DNA from: Eledone cirrhosa
Lineage: Eukaryota
Length of the DNA: 64,000 nt
Reading direction: 5' to 3'
NCBI GenBank assembly: GCA_964016885.1
Contig: OZ024749.1
Coordinates: 55,118,001-55,182,000, forward strand
Numbering within the stretch: the stretch's first letter is position 1; each line of letters starts with the position of its first letter. The notes beneath the pieces were generated by a model that saw nothing but the letters and a program-made list of their open reading frames with translations, was not told the DNA's origin and did not search any database. This document shows, piece after piece, positions 13,195 to 29,092 of the stretch. Position numbers and translations under genes: made by a program.

Positions 13195-14049
13195 CTCCAT
13201 TTTATTCTATCTTGAACTGTTTTTAGAGAAAAGACATATCTTTGACACCCTTTACTTTGAAAGTAATAATAATTATATATATATATATATGATATGTAGG
13301 ATCTCGATGTAATTTGGGACGTGACCACGGTGAAGGAAGGTGCTCTATAGTTTCGTAAATTATATTTTAGTATAGAAATGTTTTCTACTGGACTAGAACT
13401 ATTTAATTCGAAAACAATCCCCAGGACTGTCTTTTCCTGGTGATTGCCTCCGAATAAAACATTTCTAGTCATATACAAGCCGAAAATAGTTTTTTTTCGA
13501 AGACACTCCATCGAGGTACGTTCGTGTGTATGTAGTTTGTTTATACCCCCTGCCACCCACTCCATATATATAATAACAGTAAGATTCTTGGTGATAGACA
13601 GACATAACATTACATAAATACAGATAGAACCTTCTCAAGATAAGTGACATTCTGGTGATATATACCGGTGAATGACATGAGTTTGTGTTTACAAATAAAC
13701 CGTTGTTCAGATATGATCTCAATTTGAAATACAATTCGTAGATAATACACACACAGACACACATATATATATGTAATGATTAAAACAAAAAACGAAACAG
13801 TTTTAGTCCTGTAGAATACATTTCCATATCAAACAAATCGTGTATGTATAAATATATATACGTATGTGAACTTATATATACATATGTGTCCATGTGTTTG
13901 TGTGTGTGTGTATTTGAGTGTGTGTCTGCATTGTATTTGTTTGTATGTTTGTATATATATGCCTGTAGGTATATGTATGTGTGTATGTAGGTATATATAT
14001 GTATATATATACACTCCCGTACTTACAAAAATCAATATATTCCTCAGTG

Positions 14050-14090
<41 letters not shown>

Positions 14091-14380
14091 CATATACATA
14101 TACACATATATATATGTATATATAAAAACATATATATATACACACACATATATATATATATATACACACATATACATATAAATGTATATATAAGTTAGTG
14201 TAATTTCGTCTGTTTAGTTTCTTTATCAGAATTTATGTCAGTCTGCTAGTTACACTAAAGAAATTATCTTTTATTCTGGACAGGGTAGACGAACAAATTA
14301 ACGAGACCATAATGTTATTCAACGGCGATATAACGATAAATACATCCTACCATTTTAGCTTGTTTGCTTGCTGGCTTACT

Positions 14381-15098
<718 letters not shown>

Positions 15099-15307
15099 CA
15101 GAGAGAGAGAATTTGTTGTTTTTTTTCTAAAGAATACACATATCTATTATAGCACGTTTCTTGTCACGCCAATATTGTAGTGTCTCTGCGATTAATGGTA
15201 TATATGTTGGAATTATATTCACATTCGCTTATGGTTGGCATAGATAGCAAAATTACTTCCGTGTAAGAATACAACGGCAAATTGTGGCGATCATGGGTGT
15301 ATTTTTT

Positions 15308-15338
<31 letters not shown>

Positions 15339-15379
15339 CATACATATATACATACACACACTCGTATATATATATATAT

Positions 15380-15416
<37 letters not shown>

Positions 15417-15914
15417 TAAATATATATATATATATGTATGTATATACATACCTACATACGCACATTATATATATATATATATTGTATTGATATTTGCAAA
15501 TGTGACATACGTGAAGCCAAATAAATGTGAATAGGAAGCCGCGTTGACTAGACACGATTTCTTAGTAGGTCAGATGTATTCCAGATAGCTGTGTGTTATC
15601 GATGAAATAGTTTTGACGCGATGAACATAATTGTTAATTCATATATTTCTGAAAAGGAGACAACACATTATCATTGATTTTGTTAGGTTATTGTCATTCT
15701 AACGACGCTATTAAGTAGACAGTAGGGAACCGAAATTTGATCATGGAAACTGGAACCGCCAAAAAGGTTATATCATGATTTAAAACTTCCTTATAAATAA
15801 CACATAGTATATTGGTGGCGTGTAGTTATACTTGTTGTTGTTGTTTAGTCTCAGGTGTTCGCTAAGTAGAAAGACATATAACCAAAGTTGTCCCATTCGT
15901 GATAATTGCTCTCG

Positions 15915-16001
15915 TGTATTCAGTTCAAATCCCTCCTAGGTCATTTATCCCTGTTATCCACTCTAGGTCGATGAAAAAAAGACCAGTCTAGTACTGGTGT
16001 C
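15915..16001 (+). mobile_element. SINE family A fragment
   Basis: gttcaaatcc (B box)...aggtc...ggtcgatgaaaaaaagaccagtctagtactgg, the reverse orientation of the family A motif string. Confidence 0.5.
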
Positions 16002-17680
16002 TCAATCTCTATCCTCCCCAATAAGAAATCTGATACATTCAGACCTTTAGAAGAGATGGACTTCGCCAAGTCTAAAACAAAAATGTCTAGAAATGCCGCA
16101 TGTCTATATGGCTCTTCTACGACTCCCTCAAGAATTACCAGTCCATACCCTACTACGCAAAGAATCTGAGGGGAGCGTAGCTGCAAAAGATTCTTTCTTG
16201 GCTTGTTCGATCCGGTTGCAGAGTGTCTTAGTCAAGTATATTGTAACAGGACATCGGGTCCATTCAAGCCTAGTGAGTGAAATTGTGTAAACGGTAACTG
16301 TTTAGAGATCCATTTACTGAACTGTACCTGTGATTCAAAGAGCCAGATTTGTCCTACACTGTGTCACGTCAATTGTCTCTGAGAAATATGTTAATTATAC
16401 ACCACTTTGTGTAATAGTCACTTATGTGATTCTTTCTTCGTTTGTGCCATATACGTTAACTGTAAGGACGACTTCATATACAGTAAAACCGCTCTGGTAT
16501 GGAAGATTTCATGAGCTAATCTTTATTCTCAATCAAATCTTAATGTATTCAGCATTCCAGTGAAACGTCAAAATATTTTCACAATTCTATCAGAAGATAA
16601 AGTTAACGTTTTGAGGAATGTCCTCGTTTGACAATCAGGGTGTATATTTATACAAAAACTGAAGTGGAAATTTAAATTTCCCCTTGAAACAACCAATTTT
16701 CTCATTTGTTAAAGTGTAAGTGTGAGATTGATGCATGCTTCTGGGCAAAATTTCGGTTCTATTTTCAATATGTCTCTCCAGATGTTTTCTGCAAGGAGTA
16801 TACGGCAGTGTCTTAAGTCAATATTTTCTTTCAGATCATTCTTGGAAGAACAGGACAAGGAGGAATGACGAAAAACAAAACAAAAAGAAAAAACGATCAT
16901 AGCAAAATAAAAATAAAAATTATAACAGCACCTCCTCCCCCACCAAAAACAAAACTTGACAATAAGAACGGCATGAAAGGAATTCGATGATAAACAAGGA
17001 ACAAAAATTAAATAAAAATTAAATAATATAAAAATACATGGCTTGCAACTTGAAAGAAATATATTTCCTCCAAGGCAGATTACGATTAGAATTTAAACAA
17101 GTTTTGTTGTTCAGGCTGTCATATATGGTCTCCCTTGTGATGACATAAGAGAGAGTGCGAAGACAAGCAGAAATCCTCTGGTTAGAAGCCAGAGGCTTTG
17201 ACATTTTATTTGTCTCGGTTTTGTTTGTTCTACAACTGTTTTTCTTGTATTTTCTTTTTTTTAATTTCTCTTTCCTTTTTATCGGGATATTGCAGACACT
17301 AGCAAGTTGACAATATCCTAGGGGAGGAGAAAAACACGAAGAAGGAGAAGGAAAAAGATGAGTACTAGTTTGCAGTTTTGTTTAGTGGACAAACACGTCT
17401 AGCTGGAAACTCCCAAAGGCAACAACCAAGAAAGCTGAGAAAATGTTTGTCTAAAAATTGTTCCAGAACAAGCAAAAATAATAGAAAAATGGAAATATAA
17501 TAGGCTGCAGCAGTCTTCTAGCAGTACGGTGTATATCTCTCCTGTTTACTCTGCCGTCACTTAGAAAATGACACTTACTTTTACCAGTGGTTACTACATT
17601 ATTGCTATATTCTTCTTCTTCTCCTTCTTCTTCGTCATCTATTCCTTCTTCCCTCGATCATCTACTTTATATATATATTT

Positions 17681-17720
<40 letters not shown>

Positions 17721-18112
17721 ATCATATCTTTTTTAAAATTAGATATTGCCGTCCCGATCAAATTACATGCGTGACGAGAAACTGTAATTATATATTCACA
17801 TTCCATAGTAAAATATTAAGTAATGTTATATCACTACAGTAATATTCACACAATATTTGATATTACCCCCCTCCTCCTACATATTTTGTATTAATTCTTA
17901 CACGACAACCCCACTACTTTCCGTTAGCTATTGTTAAGAACACCATCGCTCAAATTGTCTCTAATGTTTTCTCAAATTGGAAAATCTATTTTCTTAATAT
18001 TGCTCATAACATCGATTGCGATTTTTTCTATTTTACTTTTATTTTACAACGTACAAGGCCATGTATTTGAAAAGAACTGTGATGGAATATGAAGCAGGGG
18101 CTTGTATAGTTT

Positions 18113-18295
18113 GCTCAAATGCATGCGAAACGTAGGTGAAAAGAACATTTTTTTTCTTAATCCTTCGCTCTCAAAGCTCAGTTCAAATATATGACGTAGT
18201 TGAAAAAAAAAACTGTTTTAATCTTTCGCTCTTATAGCATGCTCAAATGTATGGGAGACGTAGTAGAAAATAATTTGTTCTTAATCCTTTCCCTT
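18113..18295. repeat. Diverged tandem repeat, three copies of ~60-68 bp
   Basis: g(c/t)tcaaat...acgtag...aaaa...ttaatc(c/t)tt repeated at ~18114, 18181 and 18241. Confidence 0.7.
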
Positions 18296-18445
18296 CAAAC
18301 TTCCACCCTTCTCATTTTTCGAAATTTCTCTTCCCCGATGAAGGTCTAATGCTCGATATGTTCACACGTTCATTTTCTAATAATTTGTATCATCCCTGTG
18401 TTTTTCTTCTTTAACACGAGCTATATATGTACATACATACATAAG

Positions 18446-18497
<52 letters not shown>

Positions 18498-19941
18498 CAT
18501 AAGCATATATACTTACATAAGTATACATACATAAGTATACATACATTTATACATATATATATTCACACACACACACACATATATATATATTAACACACAT
18601 ACATACAGAAAGACATACACACTCATACATACATTTATAAACAATTTCATTGCGTTATTGTTCATAGTAACATTTCGAGATTATATTTCCAGTCGAGAAG
18701 CGAAAAACTCGCTTATTGATTTTCATATTTTCTTTAATATCAAATATCGATCTAAACAAATCAATCAACCGATAAAAATATTTATACAAATATCAAATCC
18801 GAATTGATATATTCAAAAACAATTTCATATTGAAATTGTTGAAATGTTTATTATCAAAATGAAATAAACATTAAAGACACAAAAACGAGACTACAACAGG
18901 GGAAAGAAAAAGAATAGTTTCCTCCATTTCTTGTTTTATATATTTATTTGTCGGATATATCATAGAGATATTTAGATTTTGGTTGAGGTGGATGTAAAAA
19001 GAAATAGTTAAGTATTTCTACGAAACGAAACACACGAAAGTGCCGGACCAGAATTTCAAACAATTTGACGCGTTACTCTTTAGGAAAAAAACATCGTACA
19101 CATTTATTCAAACGTAAATCGTATAACCCTACGTACATACATATATATATACATACATACAAATGTGTGTGTGTGTGCATATGTGTGTGTATTGGTTTCA
19201 AAGTTGTGTTAATAGCAATTAAGGCCAACACATAGGCAATAATGTATGGTGGAATAACATTAGGTAGAGAAAGATGTGAATATATATATATATATATATA
19301 TATACATGCGTGTGTGAGTGTGTGTGTGTATGAATTTATGATATATGTATACACAGATACGTACTTGTATCATATACCTTTATACTATATCTAAAGGTAC
19401 AAAGTATAGAGTAATATATCTAACGATTACGTGTAAAATATTTGAAATATATATACTTATGTGCGTTGGAATGCAAATTTATATATGGATATATATATAT
19501 AAATAAATATATGTGTGTGTATTTGTTTTTATATATGTGTGTGTGTCTATGTGTGTGTATACATAAGTATGCATGCCTGTATGTACACACACACTCACAC
19601 ACATATATATATATACCCACACATATGTATACACGAGGTTTCTATCTGTGTGCACTTCTATCACCAATAAAACTTTTACGCTGGATTAATTACGGGCAAA
19701 CAAAGAAATACGTCAGCAAAAATATGAGATAGAAACAAAATTAATAATAACCAATGTTAAAACTAGTCACAAAACAAGTAAATTATCGATTTCTGGTGAG
19801 TTCTTTTTATTTAGCTTTTTAATACACAATCAAAATATCAATAGCGAATTGTTTAGTGACTTTTACGAACACAACGCTCTGCAAACTATGTCCAAAAGCT
19901 ATTAAATGTGTTTGTTGAATACAGAACGTACACTGGCATCG

Positions 19942-19984
<43 letters not shown>

Positions 19985-20418
19985 TATATGAATGTATATG
20001 TATATATGTATGTAGATGTATATTAGTATAGGTATATATATGTATATATGTATAAATATACATGTACATATGTATGTATATATATATATATGTACATATG
20101 TATGTATATATATTTATATATATATATATATACACATACATATGTACATATGTATGTGTATATATATGTATGTATATATATGTACATATGTATGTGTATA
20201 TATATGTATGTATATATATGTACATATATATACATACATATATATACATATATATACATACATATATATATACATATATATACACATATATATACATACA
20301 TATATACATGTATACATATACATACATATATACAGATGCATACATATATACATATACATTCATATAAACATACATACATATATACATATACATATACATA
20401 TATATGAGTGTTTGTGTC

Positions 20419-20479
<61 letters not shown>

Positions 20480-20754
20480 GACTGTTTGTGTGTCTATATA
20501 CCTATATATAAATACACATATATAGGATCTTTATTCTCGTACTTTCGTTTGATAGCCAAAGTATCTCACGTATACTATTCATGTTTCAAAAAGCAATATT
20601 TATCCTTACGATTTAATAGTTTCTTTCCAATCCCTTACTCAATACAATGTTGCACTAAATACTCGCTACACAATTCTTCCAAGACGATCAAATATCTATA
20701 ATATCTATCAACACATTTCAGATTTTTGCCTCTCGTAAAATTGTCTTTTACTTT

Positions 20755-20947
20755 TACGAGGATGGGGGGAAATGTTCATAGGCTGACTATGCTGGGTCTA
20801 TGCTAGAGCTGTGAAATTTTGAAAGCATTAATTTTAACTGCATTAATTTTTTTTCCTCAGGGAATATTTTGAAAAATAAACCTCACTTGGCCATTCCATG
20901 AGACCATCTTGGTCAGCCAATGAATTTTTCAACATACGATTCTCGTA
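20755..20947. mobile_element. Mariner/Tc1-type MITE
   Basis: Starts TA-cgagg...ttcataggctgac and ends gtcagccaatgaa...ctcg-TA: imperfect ~30-bp TIRs, TA at both ends, no ORF. A related sequence lies at 59323-59760. Confidence 0.7.
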
Positions 20948-22384
20948 GTTTGTTTCATTTCTTATGCGTTAAAAGTTTTCCTTAAAAATATCGATGTCCC
21001 TGGTTCGATTCCACAGCTTTACATTTGAACTTTTACAATAGTTTCGGTACAACCTACATCTTGTTATGAAGTTGGTATCGTCGGAAACAGTTTGGAAGCC
21101 ATTGTACTGGACTTTCACTATGATTTAATGCAGCAACTTTGTCGTATATTCTGTCAGGCTGATTCTGATTTGGCCGAGAATTACACTAAAATCATACGCA
21201 TTTGTGAAAATACTCTCTCAATTACACATTAATTCAACAAATAGGCCGTTCATGTAAATATTGCGGAGTTATTTTTGTTGGTGCGAAGCCTAATTTTAGT
21301 ATAAGATTAAATTTTCAGTAATAATAAAGAATTTAGAAAAATCAAATGAAGACAACATTTTTAGAATATGCGATTTGTTCCAGTGCAGGATTCTATAATT
21401 TACAACGGGGAACTTTATACATACATTAATTTTGTTTAGCAAGGTATTTAAATATGTTCTATATTTAACGGATTTGTGATGTTGAGACGTTCCTACTTGT
21501 CATTAGTTCGTTAACAACTTAACTAAAGTAGATTTACATTAATCTTGATTCAAATTCATTGACGCAAATTTGTTGTGGGATTTTGCCAAGGCTGTCAGTG
21601 AATCTGGTTTGAAAATATATAAAATATTACCTGAAATACATAAAATGCATGAGTATTATTTATTTCAGCTTCTGTTCTTTAGACCCTAGATATCATAGCT
21701 AGCTGGTGATAAGTCAGTAAAGTATAAATTATACATGTACGTCAGTGTCAATCCGTGAAACTAACTAAATATATAATATATGGTTCTATAGTATATGTCA
21801 TATATCGTGAATTGGAAATCAGCTCTTTGCGAATAAAGAAGAACAATCTTCTTTCTACGTGCCTTACCTCATCTAGCGTTTAAAGGAAATATAGTAGGAT
21901 TTTCCATGCAATTTATTTAAGATAGACGAGCGCTTCAAGCCAGCTTGTGAATTACCTGTCATACACACGGAATAAAAAGGGATTTAGAAATAGGAATTTG
22001 TGCACGGTTTCCTTTGCAATATAAGTATTTGATAGCACGTGTGTACTTCCAACTGATTTGAGAAAGAAATAAGTTATTGTCTTAAAACACACTATCACTA
22101 CAAATCTGTTGATCCGGATACACTATGACTTCCCCGAGTTGATAACGATAGACGATATTGCATATTATGACATGCAATGATTAATTTTAGGATACACAGC
22201 TGCTAGCAACATTGATATCACATTTCCCTCCTTCAGATTTTACCATACCGTCTTAAAAATTGATGAATATTTTGAATAAATTATGTGTGTCACACAGCAA
22301 TCAATACGATTCAGCATTGTGTATCGCAGTGTATAGTAGGAGGAGTCTTAGCGAAGCAAAGTCAGGGAAGATATTTTTACCACT

Positions 22385-22640
22385 AGGTGCGAGTTAAGGG
22401 TGTTGAAATTACGATCATATTGTCGTGGGTTCGATTCCTGAACTTGGCTGTATATTGTGTTCTAGAGAAATAAAAACACTTCGTTTCACATTCCTTCATT
22501 ATATTCATCTGAAAAGGAGTTCCAGCAATAGTTGGGTGTTTAACCCTGTGACTGACTGACGTCATGTCCAGGGAGAAATCTTGTACTCTCAGTTTCTTCA
22601 CGACTAGGATAACGAGATAAGCACTAGCCTGGTGAGCTTC
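22385..22640 (+). mobile_element. tRNA-derived SINE, family B
   Basis: B box gggttcgattcc, then ttgtgttct...acacttcgtttcac and accctgtgactgactgacgtcatgtccaggg. The head matches 46638 and 52600; the body matches 38522. Confidence 0.65.
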
Positions 22641-23206
22641 AGAGCTGGAAACAGACATTAGACATTTTAGAAAACGAGGTGTCTAGGAAAAAACAGATTT
22701 AGTTGTTTAGCAGGAATATTGAATACATAAATAGACGGTAAAACGGCAGCCAAGCTCATGGATGTTATGCCAACATCTTGCTCGGGGTCCTGCCGTAAAA
22801 CCTATCCAACGATTCTTTCCATCTCGAGCGAATGCCTCATCTCCAAATTACAAATCTATCCAGTGATTCTTTCCTGAGACATTCTAACCACATTGTCGTA
22901 ATGTCACCACTTCGATTCTGGCAAGGAGCAGCTCTACCTGTAGACACTCCCTGATATGCAACATCTAGAAAAGATAATCTCCAGACCAGATCTAGTCGTT
23001 CTACCATCTACCTTGTGTAACGTCTGTCTGCTTAACACAGATCTGGCCTGGAGTTATACAACAATAATGACAATAACGTCAACCACAATATGAGTATCCA
23101 CTGTGAAATTTTGCTATAAATGCAAAGTAATTCTTCATATACTACGTACGATTTTTGGCATTGATTATATAAATATGTGTGTGTGTGTCTGTGTGTGTCT
23201 GTGTGT

Positions 23207-23327
<121 letters not shown>

Positions 23328-23609
23328 CATATATGAGAGAATCGCAATATGACTAGTTGCTGTTAGTATGAGAAGAGATAGCATCATTTAATATCATGTG
23401 AAGCCAAGTTGAAAAGTGTTATCTTAGTTTTCTATATAATATATGAGTCGATGAAAATTGGTTGGAATTTCAGTGATGGGCCAGTTTCATTCTTTTTGTA
23501 TTCATATATACATACATTTATATATAAAGAAATACATTCATACATACACATATATACATAAAAACATACATGCATATACACACCCACGCAGACATAAATA
23601 TACATACCT

Positions 23610-23654
23610 ATATATATATATATATAAATATATACATATATATATATATATATT

Positions 23655-23692
<38 letters not shown>

Positions 23693-23693
23693 T

Positions 23694-23732
<39 letters not shown>

Positions 23733-23736
23733 TTCT

Positions 23737-23768
<32 letters not shown>

Positions 23769-23806
23769 TTCTTATATATATATATATATATATATACATA
23801 TATTCT

Positions 23807-23838
<32 letters not shown>

Positions 23839-23868
23839 TTCTTATATATATATATATATATATATATT

Positions 23869-23906
<38 letters not shown>

Positions 23907-23908
23907 TT

Positions 23909-23950
<42 letters not shown>

Positions 23951-23952
23951 TT

Positions 23953-23996
<44 letters not shown>

Positions 23997-23998
23997 TT

Positions 23999-24042
<44 letters not shown>

Positions 24043-24046
24043 TTCT

Positions 24047-24078
<32 letters not shown>

Positions 24079-24082
24079 TTCT

Positions 24083-24114
<32 letters not shown>

Positions 24115-24292
24115 TTCTTATATATATATATATATATATATACATATATTCTTATATATATACATATATTCTTATATATATACATATATTCTTATATATA
24201 TATATATATATATACATATATTCTTATATATATATATATATATATATACATATATTCTTATATATATATATATATATATATACATATATTCT

Positions 24293-24324
<32 letters not shown>

Positions 24325-24458
24325 TTCTTATATATATATATATATATATATACATATATTCTTATATATATATATATATATATACATATATTCTTATATA
24401 TATATATATATATATACATATATTCTTATATATATATATATATATATACATATATTCT

Positions 24459-24490
<32 letters not shown>

Positions 24491-24492
24491 TT

Positions 24493-24532
<40 letters not shown>

Positions 24533-24536
24533 TTCT

Positions 24537-24568
<32 letters not shown>

Positions 24569-24570
24569 TT

Positions 24571-24610
<40 letters not shown>

Positions 24611-24612
24611 TT

Positions 24613-24652
<40 letters not shown>

Positions 24653-24896
24653 TTCTTATATATATATATATATATTCTTATATATATATATATTCTTATA
24701 TATATATATTCTTATATATATATATTCTTATATATATATATATATATATATTCTTATATATATATATTCTTATATATATATATTCTTATATATATATATT
24801 CTTATATATATATATATATATATTCTTATATATATATATATTCCTATATATATATATATTCTTATATATATATATATTCCTATATATATATATATT

Positions 24897-24936
<40 letters not shown>
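23610..24936. repeat. (TA)n-based minisatellite with a recurring catatattct interruption
   Basis: Visible; source of the 511-aa and 463-aa Y/I ORFs. Confidence 0.95.
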
Positions 24937-24937
<1 letters not shown>

Positions 24938-25747
24938 TTAAATATATACTTAAATATATAATACTTCAACATATGCATTTTCATTTCCCTTGACTTTGAG
25001 ACTTGATAACAATCGCTTCATAACTATGTAAGTGTATGTTTTGGATAAATTTAACCGTTTCCTACTACACACACACACATCCAAACACACACACATCCAA
25101 ACACATACACATCCAAACACACACACATCCAAACACATACACATCCAAACACACACACATCCAAACACACACACAAACACAAAGCAACGCATCCAAACAC
25201 ATACACAAACACAAAGCAACGCATCCGATCCCCATAGTGGATATATCTCTCTATAACCTAGCTCATATCGGATACAAGATCAATACCTATAAAAAAGTTT
25301 GCTTAGCGATAGTATCAGGGTATATATTAATAATAACATATGTATCTATGTGCATGTGAGTCTGTGAGTATATATATATAGAGAGAGAGAGATTTTAGTC
25401 CAGAATTAGCCGTCGAAACGGCTTGAGCTCAGCCGTCGGGGTTCTACTCGTTCCTATATATATATATATATATATATTGTTATATTTGGGGATGACCATG
25501 TTGCCAGTGTTACCAATACAAGGAAACACACGCACCATTTGTTTTCGCTTTATCTTTAATGCTCGCTATTCATTCGTTCGTTAATGTTCTTTCGTCACAT
25601 ATTCTGTGGCCTCTTCACTAACTATCAGCTCTCATTTGTGCCTCAAAAGGACAAGATGAAGTAGAGGTTTAAGTTCAGAAACAATAGGAGTCATAAAAGA
25701 AAATAGCCATTGAGGAAGTCACACAATGTGTGACTATAGTATTTATT

Positions 25748-25828
<81 letters not shown>

Positions 25829-25916
25829 ATAAAGGAGAGAAAACACAAAACTCAAAAGGCAACGGAGAAAAATGAAGAAATAAAGGAGGAAAGAGATACA
25901 AAAGACGACTAGTGTG

Positions 25917-25970
<54 letters not shown>

Positions 25971-26288
25971 TGTGTGTGTGTGTGTGTGAGAGAGTGAGAG
26001 AGAGATGGTGGTGAGTGTGATGTGAGGTGGACATGAAGAATTTGATCAGTATATAAGTTGAGAGAGATTGTTATAGCGACAGTTCTATTGGGAAGTTGCA
26101 GTAGATACAGACCACAATGTAACAGGACAGTAACACAATAATATGTGGACCAGTGATAGGGAAACAGAGTGGACTAGAATGATAGAATATGTTTGAGGTG
26201 ATAAATAGACGGCTGGGTACTAATATATATATATATATATATATATATTGAATTCACAAGAATCATTGTTATGTTTAAAACATTTATT

Positions 26289-26335
26289 CGCTGACAATTG
26301 TTTCTTCCAAACCTAGGCTTGGGGTCTTCGGAGCA
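26289..26335 (-). ncRNA. Degenerate type I hammerhead ribozyme in a (TA)n-flanked segment (~26249-26534)
   Basis: Minus strand: gct-CCGAAGA-ccccaagc-ctag-gtttggaa-GAAA-caattg-TC-agc, then AATAAA. One core substitution (U4C), palindromic stem III, GUC site. Confidence 0.55.
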
Positions 26336-26610
26336 TTTTTAATGTTTGTACATATAATTGATGTTGTGTACAACAGTTTCATGTTTACAGTGTGGAATTG
26401 ATGTAAAACAACTGATGTTCTTACATTGAGCTATTTATCTTACTGGTAATAAGGTAGTAATAAATTACTGACCTTCCTGTTTATAGATGTTAATAGTATA
26501 ATATATACATAACTATAAATAGTATCTTAAATATTATATATATATATATACACACACAGAGTTAAAATGTTTCACCTTATGCGGATCCTCCGAGCTGAGG
26601 TTATACACAG

Positions 26611-26702
<92 letters not shown>

Positions 26703-26916
26703 GGACCGATGGATAGATAGATAGATAGATAAGAAATGTATATGTTTCTTCTTCTATGTATGCATTCATTTATATCGACATAGAAGTTTGTGTTCGTGTG
26801 TTCGAGTATATTACTCAGAGAGAGAAATAGATATATAGATTAATAACTAGAACTTAGTCATCTCTTCCTCTCTCTCTCACATTCTGTATATACATGTGTG
26901 TATATACATGTGTGTT

Positions 26917-26950
<34 letters not shown>

Positions 26951-27064
26951 AAGAAGGGCTTATGCCCGAAACGTCGTTCCCCATCCCCCACTCCCAAGAG
27001 CGTGAAACTAATAAACCTTTGTTCGTTCTGCCTCTCTGTTTTGTTCCCGTTCCATTTTTCACTT
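26951..27064 (+). mobile_element. 5'-truncated hammerhead-bearing Penelope-like tail in (TA)n
   Basis: aaga-a-gggc-ttat-gccc-GAAA-cg-TC with the CTG of the core missing at the TA junction. Downstream caagagcgtgaaactaataaa resembles caagcgttaacctaata after the 48145 ribozyme. Confidence 0.55.
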
Positions 27065-27208
27065 ATATATATATAGTATATATATATATAGGGGAGAGGG
27101 TTAAAGAGAGAGATAGAAAGACATATAGCTAGATATATAAATAGAAAGATAGATAGATAGAAAGCAAGTGGGCTTAATGTGACGTGTGTTGTGTGTGTCT
27201 CTAAAGGA

Positions 27209-28345
27209 TCGTGGCTTAGTTGTTAGTGTGTTCGTCACACAATCTCACAATCTTATTGTTGTAGGTTTTATTCAGTGTGGTGTGTGCTGGCCCTCACCAA
27301 GTTTTATTCAGTGTGGTGTATGCTGGCCCTCACCAGGTTTTATTCAGAGCAGTGTGTGCTGGCCCTCACCAAGTTTTATTCAGTGTGGTGTATGCTGGCC
27401 CTCACCAAGTTTTATTCGGTGTGGTGTATGCTGGCCCTCACCAAGTTTTATTCAGTGTGGTGTATGCTGGCCCTCACCAAGTTTTATTCAGTGTGGTGTA
27501 TGCTGGCCCTCACCAAGTTTTATTCAGTGTGGTGTATGCTGGCCCTCACCAAGTTTTATTCAGTGTGGTGTATGCTGGCCCTTACCAAGTTTTATTCAGT
27601 GTGGTGTATGCTGGCCCTCACCAGGTTTTATTCAGAGCAGTGTGTGCTGGCCCTCACCAAGTTTTATTCAGTGTGGTGTATGCTGGCCCTTACCAAGTTT
27701 TATTCAGTGTGGTGTATGCTGGCCCTCACCAAGTTTTATTCAGTGTGGTGTATGCTAGCCCTCACCAGGTTTTATTGAGAGCAGTGTGTGCTGGCCCTCA
27801 CCAAGTTTTATTCAGTGTGGTGTATGCTGGCCCTCACCAGGTTTTATTCAGAGCAGTGTGTGCTGGCCCTCACCAAGTTTTATTCAGTGTGGTGTATGCT
27901 GGCCCTTACCAAGTTTTATTCAGTGTGGTGTATGCTGGCCCTCACCAAGTTTTATTCAGTATGGTGTATGCTGGCCCTCACCAGGTTTTATTCAGAGCAG
28001 TGTGTGCTGGCCCTCACCAAGTTTTATTCAGAGCAGTGTGTGCTGGCCCTCACCAAGTTTTATTCAGTGTGGTGTATGCTGGCCCTTAACAAGTTTTATT
28101 CAGTGTGGTGTATGCTGACCCTGACGAAATCACTTCATTTATTTGCCGGAGAACACTCACCTAGCTAAATGGATTTCTACCTGTATTTTGAAAGCCCGGT
28201 CATAACACAATGTGTTACGCTGAATCTCCCTGAGAAGTAAAATAAGTGTTCACAAGATTGTGGAATGCTCGGTAGCATGTACGTTAATTTCACTTGCTAC
28301 CTTGTTTCGAAAAGGAGCACTCATCGTCGACTAAGACGTTGGCCC
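27209..28345 (+). mobile_element. tRNA-derived SINE (family B-type head) interrupted by an internal minisatellite
   Basis: A-box-like cgtggcttagttgttag before the array. After it come cacttcattt and tgtgttacgctgaatctccctgagaag; a similar body is at ~16325-16395. Confidence 0.6.
27265..28122. repeat. 36-bp minisatellite, 23 full copies plus one partial
   Basis: Unit gttttattcagtgtggtgtatgctggccctcaccaa with variant ...cagagcagtgtgtgc...; exact 36-bp phase from 27265 to 28093; no spacers. Confidence 0.97.
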
Positions 28346-28903
28346 AACACTCACATACTAAGTATCAGTCCGTCTATGTATGTATGTGTATGTCTCTATG
28401 TGTGTGTATATATATATATGTATGTAAGTATGTTTCTGTTTGTATGTATGTGTATATGTATGTATGTATATATGCATATGTATGTATGTATGTATGTATA
28501 TATATATATGTGTGTATATAGTGTATCTATCAACCTATCCCTCTAGCTCGATAGCTATCTAAATACATATCTTCTAACTCCCTCTCTTTCTCTTCAGATC
28601 TCTCTCTCCCTCTCTCTATCTCTCTCTCATATATATATATACGTATGTATGTATGTGGGTTTGTATGTATATATATATACATGTATGCGTATATAAAGAT
28701 ATATACATGTGTGCCTGTACGCATATGCGTATATATATATATATATGTATGTGTGCGTATATATGTACATGTATATACGCCGCAGCTATCTATAGTTAAA
28801 GGGACTGCAGCTATATAGTGTTATCAATAGATATTCCATGCAGCGTAGGTCCTGATATAGTCACTCTTTTACTATACACTCACTCTTGTCTGTGTTAGTG
28901 GGT

Positions 28904-28958
<55 letters not shown>

Positions 28959-29031
28959 CGCACATGTATGTATATATACAGAACTACCACATCGTAAGAT
29001 AGCGAGAGAATATTACAGACTTAGAGATATG

Positions 29032-29092
<61 letters not shown>

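Noticed and set aside
23458-24993. 511-aa ORF and the other Y/I, C/V, H/T, R/E ORFs
   Set aside because: Translations of dinucleotide microsatellites.
27265-28122. CRISPR array (36-bp repeats)
   Set aside because: Units are contiguous with no unique spacers, there are no cas genes, and the context is eukaryotic; it is a minisatellite.
27186-28168. Repeat-protein ORFs (CGVCWPSPSFIQ and others, zinc-finger-like CxxC)
   Set aside because: All three plus frames are open because the 36-mer lacks stops, and the array sits inside a SINE.
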